A stretch of DNA of 64,000 nt from Bigelowiella natans CCMP2755 (taxonomy: Eukaryota; Protista; Cercozoa), in NCBI GenBank assembly GCA_000320545.1, contig ADNK01000108.1, positions 1 to 64,000 of the forward strand. The letters run 5' to 3'. The position numbers were made by a program, and so were the translations under genes. Shown here one piece after another: positions 13,002-26,000 of this stretch (within the stretch, counting starts at the first letter, position 1; each line of letters opens with the position of its first letter). The notes under the pieces were generated by a model. The model did not search any database. It was not told the origin of the DNA and saw nothing but the letters and a program-made list of their open reading frames with translations.

Positions 13002-15287
13002 ATGGCCGAGGAACGACAGGAAGATGAAGGCGAATCTTTGACATTCTTGGCTGCTTCCAGAGGAGACGATGGGAGGAGGGAAAACGTTCCCGAGGCAGTG
13101 GAGGACTCTAAGTGCGTCATCACCCTTGATGTTGAGGTCTTCAATCATGTAGATATCCCCTATCCCAATTAGGAACGAGAGCTCCAAACGACAGGAGAGG
13201 AACTACGCTTATTGCGGGATCATCATACTCGCATCCCTCTTTTTTTATGGTAGTTTTGCTTGCTCCTCCCCTTCATTTGTCTGCACTCCTTCCTTCGATT
13301 ATTTTGGAACTAGTTTCCCCCCTTTCGAGAAAACAGTAAACCCCCCCCCCCTTACAGGCAGTGGTCTCATTCACCCTAGCATCATCTACCAGCCATTAAT
13401 CATAACTAAAACTCCTCTCTCTCTCTCTCTCTCCGTAGAGTTGCAAAGGCCACTGATCGCTGACACCAGTGGCGGCAGTGATCTAGAAGTCTTCGGGCCG
13501 GGGAAGACAATGGATAATATCAGGTATCAATGCAGACACAGAGACAAATACAGCCTTTTATGTCAAAAACAGAGGGTATTATTATTGTTGACGAAGCATT
13601 TTTGGCTGAAATCTTCCTACTGGTGCTTGTTACTACGATAAGTACGGGAACCCATAGCGTCGGAGGAAAACCATTCTTTTCAACGAGGCATCATGGCCAC
13701 ACCTTCAATTCTTCATTCTCCTTCTGCAACGATATGGTGATAAATACGTTGGTCGTCTTCCCATAATAGCAAGTACTAAGCATGCACTCTTTTCTATCCT
13801 TCTCCTTCCCGTACCTCTTTTCTTGCAAGTATTCCCCCTCGAAGAAGCTGAAAGACTGGCACATGCAGACTGCAGGTAGTGAGTACCACTCCACTAGTTG
13901 CAGCAGCAGCAGCAGTAGATCTGCTGTTATTATCATGATTCGTGATCTCTTGAAGAGAATACTAGCATAGAGAATACTAGCATCACCATCATTCGCAAAC
14001 GGCCTCTCTCCCTCCCCCCTCCCGCCCCGCCCCCCCATCTCTTCCAGAGCAACTGCCATCGCATTGCCCTCGCGACAAGTTTGTCGTCCCCATTGGGGAG
14101 GGCGGGCTCAACAACGTGATATTGCGGATTTGGCACACAATCATGAAGTTTAACGGAACGCGCACGGTGCTTGTCCCCTACCTGCGCAACCATCCCAGCA
14201 GGTCTGATGTCCTGGAGAAGGAGGGGGGAGGGGGAGAGGGAAAATGAAGGGGGACTCGCCGTGCTGGCAAATGCAATATTGTTCGAACATACATGCACAC
14301 ATACATGCATGCATGTACGCCGAGTTGCTCCTATTTCTCTCGATGCGAGCGTCGCACTTACTCCCCCCCCCCCCCTCTCCTCTTCTCCTCGGAACAACCT
14401 CTCGACGTCAATCGTTGGTGTCTTGGCAGGTTCAAGCCTGATCCACGTCTTGGACCTTCACTTTTGGTGCCATTTGCCACGGTAGTGCCACCACTTACAC
14501 GCAAAAGACAAGAGCGTGTATAGGAAGGCAAAGAAAGCGGGGGAATGGGGGGGGGATGAGAACAAATTCGTAGGAAACCAACCAAGGGGATGGGGGGGGA
14601 TGAGAACAAATTAGTAGGAAACCAACCAACATTTTGGGGGAAACAGTACAGTTACCGAAGCTGGGTTTTTAATTCTGATGTTTTGCTATTAGGCAGAGCG
14701 AAGTACGATTATTGTTTTCTTTCGTACAGATTTATTCCTTGTTGTCGTATGTCTTCCTTATTCTCCTCCTCCTCCTCCTCCTCCTCCTCCTCCTCCTCCT
14801 CCTCCTCCTCCTCCTTCCCGTCAGATTTACGATGTACCATCGTTTTGCGAGACTTTGATTGAAATGGGCGTTTGCATGCTGTGCAGGTGAGGAGGAGAGA
14901 CACATGTATGCATTGATATTTTCATACCATTTTTGCTAAATACAGATAATACACACACACACACACACACACACACATATGTATATATGTGTGATGGCAC
15001 ACACGCAGGCATAGTCCACCGAACCACGCTACTGCTGAAGATGAATGGGAGAAGGGCCTTGACCATGTCATTAGAGACAGGCCACCTTTCTTCCAACCGA
15101 GGCTCGATATGGCCAAAGTGAAAACGGTACGGACAACGCGCACACGTTTTGCGTGCGCGCGCGTGTGTATGTGTGTGTTTATCACAATGAGCGAATTGTA
15201 TATGCCCCATTGAAACGGTCTCCGGGCAGATTTTGGCATCTGGCGACGTGAATCTGGAGAAGGATCACAAGTTCTACTGGTTAGTAA

Positions 15288-15322
<35 letters not shown>

Positions 15323-15712
15323 ATAGAAGGAGGAGGAGCATGCACCACGCACACACGCGCGCACTGAAGGCTGAATCTCTGCTGCTGCTGCTGCTGTTGT
15401 TGCAAGGTTTCTCAGAGGTCTGAAGCCCAACGCCAAGGTTTGTTGTTCGTTCATCTCTTCACATAGCTACTATCTTGTGCTTGGGAATAGAAGAAGAAGA
15501 AGAAGAAGCGTGGGTGCGATCCGAGCTTATCTCTACTCGCCTTCCCCCTCATTTGCCTCCCCCCCCCCTCCTACCAAGGCTGCCGAGGAGGTCGCACGCC
15601 TTCGCAAGGAGATAGGGTCCAGCTCGTACCTGGCAATGCATATGCGGATCGAGGTGGTGATGGTGGTGGGGAGGGGTGGCTACTAAAGGCAAGGAGGAAG
15701 GGGAGAGAGGGA

Positions 15713-15748
<36 letters not shown>

Positions 15749-15773
15749 CTGAATTGCAGATCCATAGAGAGGA

Positions 15774-15810
<37 letters not shown>

Positions 15811-15951
15811 GAGAGAGGCGGTGTAATACATATTTGTATTATTTATAGCTCCTCCTCCTCCTCCTCCTCCTCCTCCTCCTCTCAAATGCAGAACGACTGG
15901 AGAGCCTTCAAGCGTGGGAAGTACTACGTCAATGCATCCGAAATTGTAATA

Positions 15952-15983
<32 letters not shown>

Positions 15984-16367
15984 TACGTCAAATCACTGTA
16001 CCTTCGATCACATTTCATGCTACCACCACCTGCCTATCTTCCCCCTCCCCTTTCCCATCCCTCCAACTCACTGCCATCTTCACCATGGCGTGCAGGTGAG
16101 AATGACAACAGCGCAGCCGTTCTTTCGAAAGCTGGTAAAGCAGGATCATGGAGGCAAGTTGCTGCCTGTATTCGTAGCTACCGGCTACAAGGAGGAAGCT
16201 CGAGAGGAATGGAAGAAGGTGGTGGTCTAAGTAGTAATGAATAGAGGGTGCAAACACATAGCAGGCTGCTTAGTGCTAGCTGCTATTCGTGACGATCGTC
16301 GTTATTCCTAGTGAGCGCCGAGTCGGCGATTGCACATTCAGCTAGTAGCACCTTGCAATGTGGCCCC

Positions 16368-16407
<40 letters not shown>

Positions 16408-17849
16408 TGTATACACCGGCCATATGATATCATCATCTTGGCTCTGCTTGGGTATCATCACCATCATCATCATCACCATCATCATCAACATCATCGTCGC
16501 CATCATCGTCTTTCATAAGTAGGTCGTACCTCACGTGCGTGTTATCATGAACGAGCCTACTTACGATGACGGGCTCTCCTTCAATGCACGGGTAAGTAAC
16601 GTACAGCAGCCTATCATGCACACACACACCTACACACACACAAAGACACATTCTTGATCTGGAAACCATCAAATGCATACTAGCTGTGCGTATTCCTCCT
16701 TTTATTGATCAAGGTACTCTCCACTACCTCGGGGGGGGGGGATGGGGGATGGTGTGGTGCGTGCTGTCGTTCCGATGTTTGGTTGCATTTGCATCATAGC
16801 AAGCGAAGCAATATTAGCAGGCCGACACTCGACGATGATGATAAGGTGATATGATTATTAGTGTATTGTGTTTGTGTGTGTGTGTGTGTGTGTGTGCTGA
16901 AATAGGCTCTGGTAGATCACGAAATCGCTCGCGAGGCAGAAGTGTTTGTCGGAACGGTTGATGAACATCTACTACACTTTGCCTTGCACGTGCATATACC
17001 ATGGATAAGGCTACACGTACAATCACGACATGGCGCATAGCAGCACAAAACCACACGATCGATCTTGCGCTTTGACACCGAGGATTCTGTGGCGCTGCAG
17101 GAACAAAGCTACAGTTTTTCTTTTCTTCTCTTTTAAAGGAAGGCATCGTAGTAATTTTGCGCCACAATTTCTGTATGTGCCCTCCACAGGCTATGTTCTC
17201 CACCTTCACTTCAAATACGATATTCTTTCGCGGCCATGAGGCTCTCTGTGAGGCGGCGATTGGGGCTAAAGACGCAGGTTTTTCTCTCTGTGAATGCTTT
17301 TTAACACCCACACAGTCGCACATACGTCGAAGTGTATTGGAATATCTACGTGTGCGTATGTGCATATGTGGAATGTATATAATTATTTTATCGTACCAAT
17401 TTAATGATGCCGTGTCTTTGGAGCAGTAAACACAGTTTCATCGGTGCGATTAATGAGTAAACCATCAAACACTTGTGTTGCTACATGCTACAAAATTGAT
17501 ATCGAAGGTGCTCTGGCTGCTGCCGCTGTTGATCTTAGAGTGCGTTCTTTCGCTTATCATCGGGTCTCAAAGTGGGGGTCATCGCTTCTTTTCAAAATTT
17601 ATTATTTTTAATACTTTACGTGCGCGCGCGCGCGTGTGTGTATGTTTGTTTGTGAGTTTATATTTTGATATATATGTGCCAACATTCATTGTCGTGTTGT
17701 ATTTATATATCCTCCTCCACTCTCCTCCTTCTCATCCTCCTTCTCTTCCTTCTTCTTCTTAAACTCGAAGGCCAACTGACAAACTCCTTGAATGTCACCA
17801 ATATTGCTGGGGTCTGGACTACGACGAATCCGGTCCTGATGAGATATAA
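13002..17849 (+). CDS. GDP-fucose protein O-fucosyltransferase (O-FucT) family protein; many exons; 3' end approximate
   Basis: GEGGLNNVILRIWHTIMKFNGTRTVLVP, YLAMHMRIE|NDW, VFVATG, ALVDHEIAREAEVFVGT|AMFSTF. Confidence 0.8.
14546..14628. repeat. ~45-bp tandem duplication in an intron
   Basis: ggggggatgagaacaaatt(c/a)gtaggaaaccaaccaa present twice. Confidence 0.8.
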
Positions 17850-17984
17850 GCTTTCGATATGACCTTTTTTGTTTCCAGCCCGCCCCTCCTCCCTTTTCTT
17901 CATACCCTTTTTCTTCGCAATTGAGGATAGTGATGGCCTCATACTTAAGGATTTGAATATTATTATCAATAACATCGCGTCGTC

Positions 17985-18030
<46 letters not shown>

Positions 18031-19059
18031 TCTCTCTCCCCACCCCTCCCTCCTCTCTTCCCCTGTCTCCTCACTTTTGCTCTCCAAACACTAAGGATAA
18101 TCTTAAAACGCATAATGGAGCCGTAGTATTGGGCTAGGCTCATCCACGCCAGATTAGACCAGACGCCGATTGGTTGTTTGCCTGTGTACGTACCCATACT
18201 GTTGCACTGCCGGAAAATAAACATCAATGAATAATTAAAGCGGTACAACAAAGAGTAACCCCATGTGTGTTCAGCGGTGCTTGCTCTATGATGTGACGAA
18301 GCGCCTAGAAAAAGGACATATGTGTGTGTGTGTGTGTGTGTGTGCGTGTGCATAGAAGGAGATGAGAAGCTATCTGTGCTCATCCGAGCAGTGCTATGCA
18401 TGCATACACGTGTGAAATGACCAATCCGCATTGTGGATTTGGATGAGGTGTGCTCATTCTTCCTTGCGCAATTGATGAGATTTTCCAATGCTAGAATGCA
18501 AGAGAATGACGATTGCATCAGGGTGTGTGAGCTCAATGCGGCAAATGTGTTTTGCACACACAGCGCAATGGCTAGCTGGCCATTAGTACGCGCGTGCTTC
18601 ATGCCTCACGCCGCATGGTCATGCACGACTAGATGTGCCATTAGACCATTCACACGTTGCATGCCAATGTTCATATTAGTTGGCTAACTAGCTGACGCAC
18701 TTAACAACAAGGTGGCATGAGCAAACGCTAGTTTCTGCGAAGCACACGTATGCATTTTTACTCAGGCCTAATGTGCTGAATGCGCACTTCCTTTAGGCAT
18801 ATTTCCTTACGCATGAGGTAATCTATGGGCTGGACATGTGAAGTGAAAGAGTGTGCATACGTTAACCGTCCAGGGATACTACTTTACAATCAGAGAAACA
18901 TCTACCATGTCTCTCACAACTATATAGAAAATTTGGAGTGGATGTAGGCAATACAAAGTGCATGCGCAGATAATTCTAGCAAGCACTCTCTCAGTCTTAT
19001 TCTCAATATCTTATTCGCCTATCCCTAGTCTCTGCTCCGCCTTAACCTTATGCGATGTT

Positions 19060-22000
19060 GTTACGATTGTGCAGCTATATGAGTTCTGGCATGTTTATAC
19101 GGCACATGTAATAGTCGTCCTATGGTATCTTTTGCTGTCTTCAACAACGTCAAATCGGCTGCTGGAGTTATCAGCAAATTCTCTGAAATCTGAAAATTTG
19201 CAAAACTTGTGAAGTATTAAAGACGAAGGCATTTCTCTGTGTAGAAGGAACCTGCTCCGAAGCAGGGCAGTTTCCTAAGTCTCCTTCGATGATTTCTTGA
19301 TGAAGGGAAAAATCTTTAGCCCATCCTACCCCCGTTGTCTGTTATAAAATTTAGATCCTTATAAAATTTTATCCGTTAGATCTACAGATGTAAGTGGGTA
19401 CTCCGTTGGCACACCTCGTAGTTTGCACCATAATTGGAGACTTTGGCCTTTTTTAAAAAATCACCAGGTTTCGGGAAAGGAACGCACGCCCCGAGGACAC
19501 GACCTTCTTGCCGTGTGCAAGCCTCTTCCCAGAATGCGAAGTGTCTACAATATGATAATATGTTGGAAAAACATGGCTATCAAGCGTCAAACTATTGCAC
19601 CGTCTAGAATATCGTTACATTGCTCTCGAAAGTTTATTTTGAGATCTGCTAAGGATTGGGAGGACTCCATAGTTTATTCCAGCATCAAACAATACGAATT
19701 TATTCGCTTTAGGATAGACCAGCTAAAGCAGGATGAGTAGAATATTAGTTCAATGGAAAGGTTGCCGACATTGCCGACTAACGATAGAATTGGAAAACCT
19801 GTGCTTGAGATGGATGCTCTTTGACCAAAAGCGTTGGTCCACAGTCATCGTCCAAATAGAGAATTCTTCCACAATTATTGTGAAAATAGGAACGTAACCA
19901 TTGCACAGATATCAATACTTTGAAAATAGGACTTAAAGATACACCAGTGTATATTTTTGAACATATTGGGTATCTACCCTGTAGCTATGGGAAGCCTTGG
20001 AACCCGACCATCAGCAGGACTTGCTCCCTGGAAAAATAGAAAGTATTAGATCTTCATATGTGTCCATAAATTTCTCAATACCCGATCATAGTCCTTCTGA
20101 AGACGGTATCCTTGATAGGCTTCCTTCTTCCGTGAAACAATTTTCTTATGTCCATGCACCCACCACTCGAAACCTTACATTTATGGTACACTTGAAAATT
20201 ACTAGGATTGTTTAGGAAAGATTATTCTACCTGCAATGTCCTTTTTCTCAAGCTCTAGATGTTGGCTAATGATGCAGCGCCAAAGATTCAAAGCCACGGC
20301 ATCAACAATATTTGTTGCTACGGAAGGATTTTCATCGATAAAATATCTGACAGCACAATTCGCGTAAGGTACACAGATTGAGCGTACGAACTGTTTCTCT
20401 ACCTGAAGAATGAAATAAATCCTATTTGGCCATATTCGGCTACCTTCCAATAATTGGATGAATGCCGAATGGATTTGCTTAGTAGACCAAGTAGGTTACG
20501 TGGGAGGGCATTTTCTGTAACAATGCCAATGGGTGTTGATTCGGAAGAGAGGAATCTTTGTCGCTCCCCAAGGTAAACAGCGCGAGCAATATCGTAGGAG
20601 AGCAGAGAAACCTTTACATTCTCGGAGTAATCTGCTAAACCCACGGAGTAGATGTAAAGGCTCATGTCGTATTTCTCATCTAAAACAAGAATGTCTGCGG
20701 CCAACGATGGATCACGGAGTCCTCCAAGTATAGTTGAAAATGCTCCCTTGAGATCGCCAGTGAATCGCATAATTCCCACAATTGCCTCTGCAGCAACACG
20801 TTTCTCTAATTCTGACTGCCAAATCAATACTAGAGTGAGATTACATCATAGATCAAACTAGGCTTGGTGTCTCTATTCAATAATGTTTTTAATCAAAACA
20901 ACCAACTTATTATTTGTGTAAACCTGTTCTTCGAAACGGCTGTGTGTCTTCTGTAATGACTCCATTCCTAACGATATATGTACAAAATCGAATAAAATGC
21001 CATGATGTCATCGAAGAAATATCATTTGACCCCTTATAAAATCTCCTGCTTTGACATAAAGCCTTGCTAAGTGAGCCTCAGAGACCCACCAATCCGCTTT
21101 TTTAATTACACTGAGTTCCTCCCTTTCAGGCTATTTTTTTCAACAAATTATTCTCATTCCTCGCAAAGATATTTCAAAAAATATTCACCGATGGGACATC
21201 TTCCTTAATAATTCGAAGGTTTGGTACATTGCCTAAAATAAACCTCCTGCACATGTTATCATTCCTGTTCACAGTCATCTCGACTCAGCGATTTGAAAGT
21301 CAGAAATCGGTTGCAGGGTACCCGACAGCCATGGAATAATTTCCTAGCTCTTCATAAAGGATTCCTAGCTTGCATAGGACTTCACCGTCAGTTCGAAGCC
21401 CTTGGATATCATTTGCGAATATATAGCTGGTCAGATACTGCTGCATGATTCATAAAATATGACATATACATTTGTGTGCCTCGAGTAACATTTTGATTCC
21501 CATTTCGGTGAGTCCAATTGGATCTGCTGAGCGGCCTGTGCAAATTCAAATATGTTATCTGATGTGCAGATTACATTGAAAGCTATAACCTGTTTTTGCA
21601 AGTTGGTACAAGCTCCAAGCCTTTCGTTTGAGTACTTCACCGTGTGGCTGCCCTCTATCGGCATCGAATTCCATACTGCTGTCGCGATGACTCTGATTTT
21701 GAGTTAATGAAGGATCCTTCTTCGAGACTGAAGCTAGATTTGTACCAAAATCTTGGAATGCCATCAGGATACATCCAATACTGATTCCCAATACGAGGCA
21801 CAAAATTGCACCGACCCAATAGTAATGCAAGCCTAGTAACCCTTGATCATTGCTTCTATTTTGAGCAGCCACCTGGGACTAGCATTGAGTAATTTGGTCA
21901 GCATTGTGAATGAAAATGGACTTTTATATCTCCAAAACTGGTTATGGAATTACGGTTTTAGTCCAGCCACAACTGCTACCTTCGCACTTTGAGACTGAGA

Positions 22001-22276
22001 GGATTTTTGGTCGACGAGAACCTCCTCCGCTGCTGCATTGCTATTCTCGGAGCTCTCGCTGGGGAGCCCTTTCACTGAATCAGCCATTTGAAATTTGGGA
22101 GTACAGAATGAAAAAATAGCCTAGATTCTGGACGTGCGTCTGTGAAACTTTGGCCGCGTTCACGATGTTGGGTGGACACAATTTGTCCGTTGGGAGTTTT
22201 TGACTGAATTGGTTGATGAAGGTTGTCGTAAGTGACGTTTGCCACGGATTCATTCATTTTCCCGACGTTTTGCATG
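19060..22276 (-). CDS. Membrane-anchored TPR protein with C-terminal degenerate 2OG-Fe(II)-oxygenase-like region; ends approximate
   Basis: TM segment YYWVGAILCLVLGISIGCILMAF; TPR-like EVLCKLGILYEELGNYSMAV and SEAHLARLYVKAGDF; FEWWVH, ILYLDDDCGPTLLV and VYPKANKFVLFDAGINYGVLP. Confidence 0.5.
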
Positions 22277-22688
22277 TGCACCGGATGAATTCTGTTCACT
22301 GAAGCACCATGCTTGGTTGGTTCCAATCGAAGAGGTAGAAGGAGAAGGAACATGGGGGGAAAAGGAAGAGAGAAAAAGAAAAGAAAAAAGGCACGTCAAG
22401 AGACGTGTCTCTTGATGCTCCACAAGAAGAGTGCGTGCCATTGCGTGCGCATTGCAGGCAACCAAGCTGGCAACGCTGCGAGCTGCAACACACACACACA
22501 CACGCCAGAACGTGTGATGATTGTTGTGCGCGTTGTGGATTTGTTTGGTGCACGTGCAGTTGTGAAAGAGCACACGTGTGTTCAAGTGGACACGCTAGCA
22601 CGTGTGAATGCGTTGGCACGTGTGTGTCATGCGCGTGCACACACGTCAAGATGATCAAGCTAGCAAGAGACGTGTCTTTCGGCGTGTT

Positions 22689-23014
22689 TGTTGCGCGTAA
22701 GGTGTTCACAGGCCGAGGCGCTACGTGCACAAGTAGGCAGGGGGGGGGAAAGGCACGTTTGCTTCCTTTTGAAGAGTTGTGTTTATTTTTATTAAAGATT
22801 ATATTTTTATTAAATCGTGCACTGCGTAATCATTCGCGAAGCTTTCGCGAATGCCGCCGCACGTGGGGCAGCACACTTCCGGTGTGCTGCCATGAGTCCC
22901 GCCGGAACCCACGTGCCTATGCTGTATTAATATCTACGTTATCTATATTCTATATCCGCGACAACCCCTTTGTTGTCGCACGTGACTTGTGCCCGCGTAG
23001 TGGTACGCGCTACA
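22689..23014 (-). repeat. 3' LTR (326 bp)
   Basis: Identical to 28079-28404; termini TGTAGCGCGTA...TACGCGCAACA form a 10/11 inverted repeat. Confidence 0.97.
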
Positions 23015-23022
23015 CCTCCCCC
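23015..23022 (-). other. Polypurine tract
   Basis: GGGGGAGG directly before the 3' LTR on the minus strand, with a further AGGA-repeat run at ~23035-23050. Confidence 0.8.
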
Positions 23023-23065
23023 AAGTCACGTTGCTCCTTCCTTCCTTCCTTATTCCCTTAGACCT

Positions 23066-26000
23066 TCATCGCTTTCGGAACTTCACCAACCACCAGGTAA
23101 TAGATTCCTCTCTAACCTTATCTCCTTTGTCGCTTACCCAGAACTCACCTTCGTCCTTAGGTTCGTGTCCATACCAGCCCTCTGCATCAAGGTCCCCCAG
23201 GACCTTATACCAGTGCTCAAAGGGTAAGTCGGGAACAGCTAGGTAGAGTAGCTGATATTTTCCGTCCTTTATTTTCATAGCTACCCTCTCCATATTTCGT
23301 AATCCAGGGTAGCCTAGATAGACAATCTTCATGCGCCAATCGTCGTTCACCCTGACCTTATTGTTTCCATATTCCACATCGAACTTAGGTCGGGGTCCTA
23401 AACAAGGCATTGCTCGCTCCCACACAGTAGGGTTTACTTTAACATCCTCTAGGAGCTTCTCACCGATATCATAATTCTTTAGGTGACTGATGTGGCGCAA
23501 GGTGACCCTGTTCCCATCATAGATGTAGTACTGCTTCCTCCCCTTCCTCTCGGTAACCTTTGCAACGCCACCCCAGAAGGGGTCTTGTTTATTTCTCGAT
23601 CTCAGATTTACCTTGGCCCTAACATACTGTCCTTCCTTTAGAACTCGGCCATCGTACGGGACCTTCTCGTCTTCGCTCTCGGTATCGTCGTCGTTGTCGT
23701 CGCCTTCTTCCCTCTCCTTATCCTTGATACCTCCCCCAGACGTGAAGGTGTCGTTTACTAACCCTTGTATCTTGTCTGGTGTGGTGCTATTTATCCTGCT
23801 TAGGTTGGCCAAGGTGCGGTGGAGTCGCTCTACCTTGGAGTTGGACTGGGCATAGTATACAGGTGAGGCATCAATATTAGGGTGTGGTAGCTGTAGAAGA
23901 GAGGTCTCATTATCCACATGTAACTTCTTTGGTATCTTGTTTATGCTAACTTCATCAGGGATAGCCTGGAGCTCAGACTCCCAGGTACGGTAGCAGTTAG
24001 TAAGCCTCTGCTTATATAAGCCTTTGTTCTTCTTAGCAACGTTGACCTTGATAATCTTTTTAACCCAGCACTTTCCAGTGGCCACATCAACGAAGGTAAG
24101 GTAGTGATAGCCATCGTACTTATAAACATCAATTTGCACGATATCTAAGAAGTTCCTTGCTTTGATTTTCTTAGATGCACGGCTCTTGCTGGACTCCTTG
24201 GTGGCGACGCCTGCCGCCTTCAAGCTGGAGCACCTGCAGCCACGCAGGTATGTCCTTATCTCTTTTAGCTTGTAGGGCCAGTAGTAATGGTAGAGTAGAG
24301 CAGTGATATGGTTTTCTCCTACGTGTGCAGGTCCATGGGCGGTAAAGAGAAGGGCTCCCCTGGTCCGCCGTGGCACGTAGGTACGCCTAACATTATTAGT
24401 GTATACATATATCCTATCACTAAGTACCTCATGCTTGTGTTTGTATTTATCCAGGTGTTCTTGAAGGTGCTGGAGCTCCTCTGGCTCAGGCAGGAAGTCG
24501 CCGTCCTCGAAGGTAATCGCGTTAACCATAGGGGTGACCTGGGTAGGGACTTTCTTTTCGAACAGCCTGCTGAAATAGTCAGCAAGCTGCTTGTCTCCTG
24601 GTGCGTAGACCACTGTCCTCTTGTCCCTAAACTCTTCCGTGTCCGCCCTCATAGCTGCATACTCATCGTTAGGCGCTTCGAGCTTGCGGTCGATGCCTAG
24701 GAGGGGCTTGTGGTCAGTCATTAAGGTGAAGCTGGGCACCGACAGCAGGTAGTATCTTAGTTTCCTCTGCGCCTCAGTCATGGCTTTATACTCTCCTTTT
24801 GTAGGGCTGTACTTGGCCTCAGCTGCTGTGCAGGCCCTGCCCCACACCCGTATGATCTGCTGGTCTTGGGTAAGTACAGCAGCCATACCTAGCTTAGACC
24901 AGTCTGTCCATAGGGTAGCTGGTCTAGTAGTGTCTAGCTTAGCATTCAATAGGGTGTTGCTGCATAACTTTATTAGGTTATCGAAGTGGGCATCAAGGCC
25001 AGCCTTGGCCCACACCTTAGCGAAGCTGAGGCCTACAGAGTTCTCCTTCCGGTAAGCAGTAGTAAAAGCAGCTGCAGTCCTAGCGTAGGTAGGGGAGAAC
25101 CTACGTAGTATCCAAGCTGCAGTCTGCAAGAATGACTTTAACTCCTTTGCATTCTTAGGTTTAGGGGCTTGCTGTAGTGCTGCTACTTTCTCGGGGTTTG
25201 GGGTGATGCGGCCTTGCTCCAGGTAATATCCACACCACTTGATTCTTGTAGCTAGGAATGTACACTTCTGCAGTCTAATAGTAAAACCGAAGTGTGCAAA
25301 CCTAATAAATATATTTTCCAGGAGGAAGATCTGAGCGACGACTGTGTTGGTACATATTATGTCATCATCCACATACACAAACACAAACACCCACAACACA
25401 GACGCCATCCCATCATGTGTGTATGCCCTGTAGTTCTGACTACTGAACGCATCCCCTGATATGCTTAGGCCGTAAGGGAATACGACGAAGTGCCACTTCC
25501 TGTGCCTGCTGGAGAACGCGGTAATGGGGCGGGAGGTTTTGTGGATGGGTGTCTGCATGTATGATTCATTTTTATCTAGGGAAGAGTAGTATTTGTATCC
25601 TATGACGTGTTCAATAACGTCATCTATCCTTGGTGTAGGTGTCTGGATCCTCTTTATTACTCGGTTGTGGCGGATGAAGTTGTGCGCCAGGCGGAAGAAA
25701 GGGTAAGTAGGTTTCTTAGCTAGCACATGTCTCACGTTCCATGGTGAGTTGCTTGGCTCTATCTTCCCTTCCTTTGCCCATTCATTGATCTGCCACTCTA
25801 TCTTTTCCCAGTCCGCTTCCGGTCGCCTATGTTCTGGGTCATTGATGATGCACTCTTCGTATCCCTTCTTTAGCTCGATCTTTACTGGGGTAAGCTTGCT
25901 GGAGGGCTTCGTCGTCGGCTTGGTGATGTCAGAGTACTTCTCGTTTAATATTTTATTAATGTACTTTTTGCCTTTGTCGATATCCCAATCATCAGCTGGG

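Noticed and set aside
17703-18602. 299-aa minus ORF and many similar poly-ER/HT/YI ORFs
   Set aside because: Translations of microsatellites and TA-poor DNA
22405-23061. 218-aa plus-strand ORF and its twin at 28062-28445
   Set aside because: Read-through of the LTR and TA-poor flank (few TAA/TAG stops); no protein features
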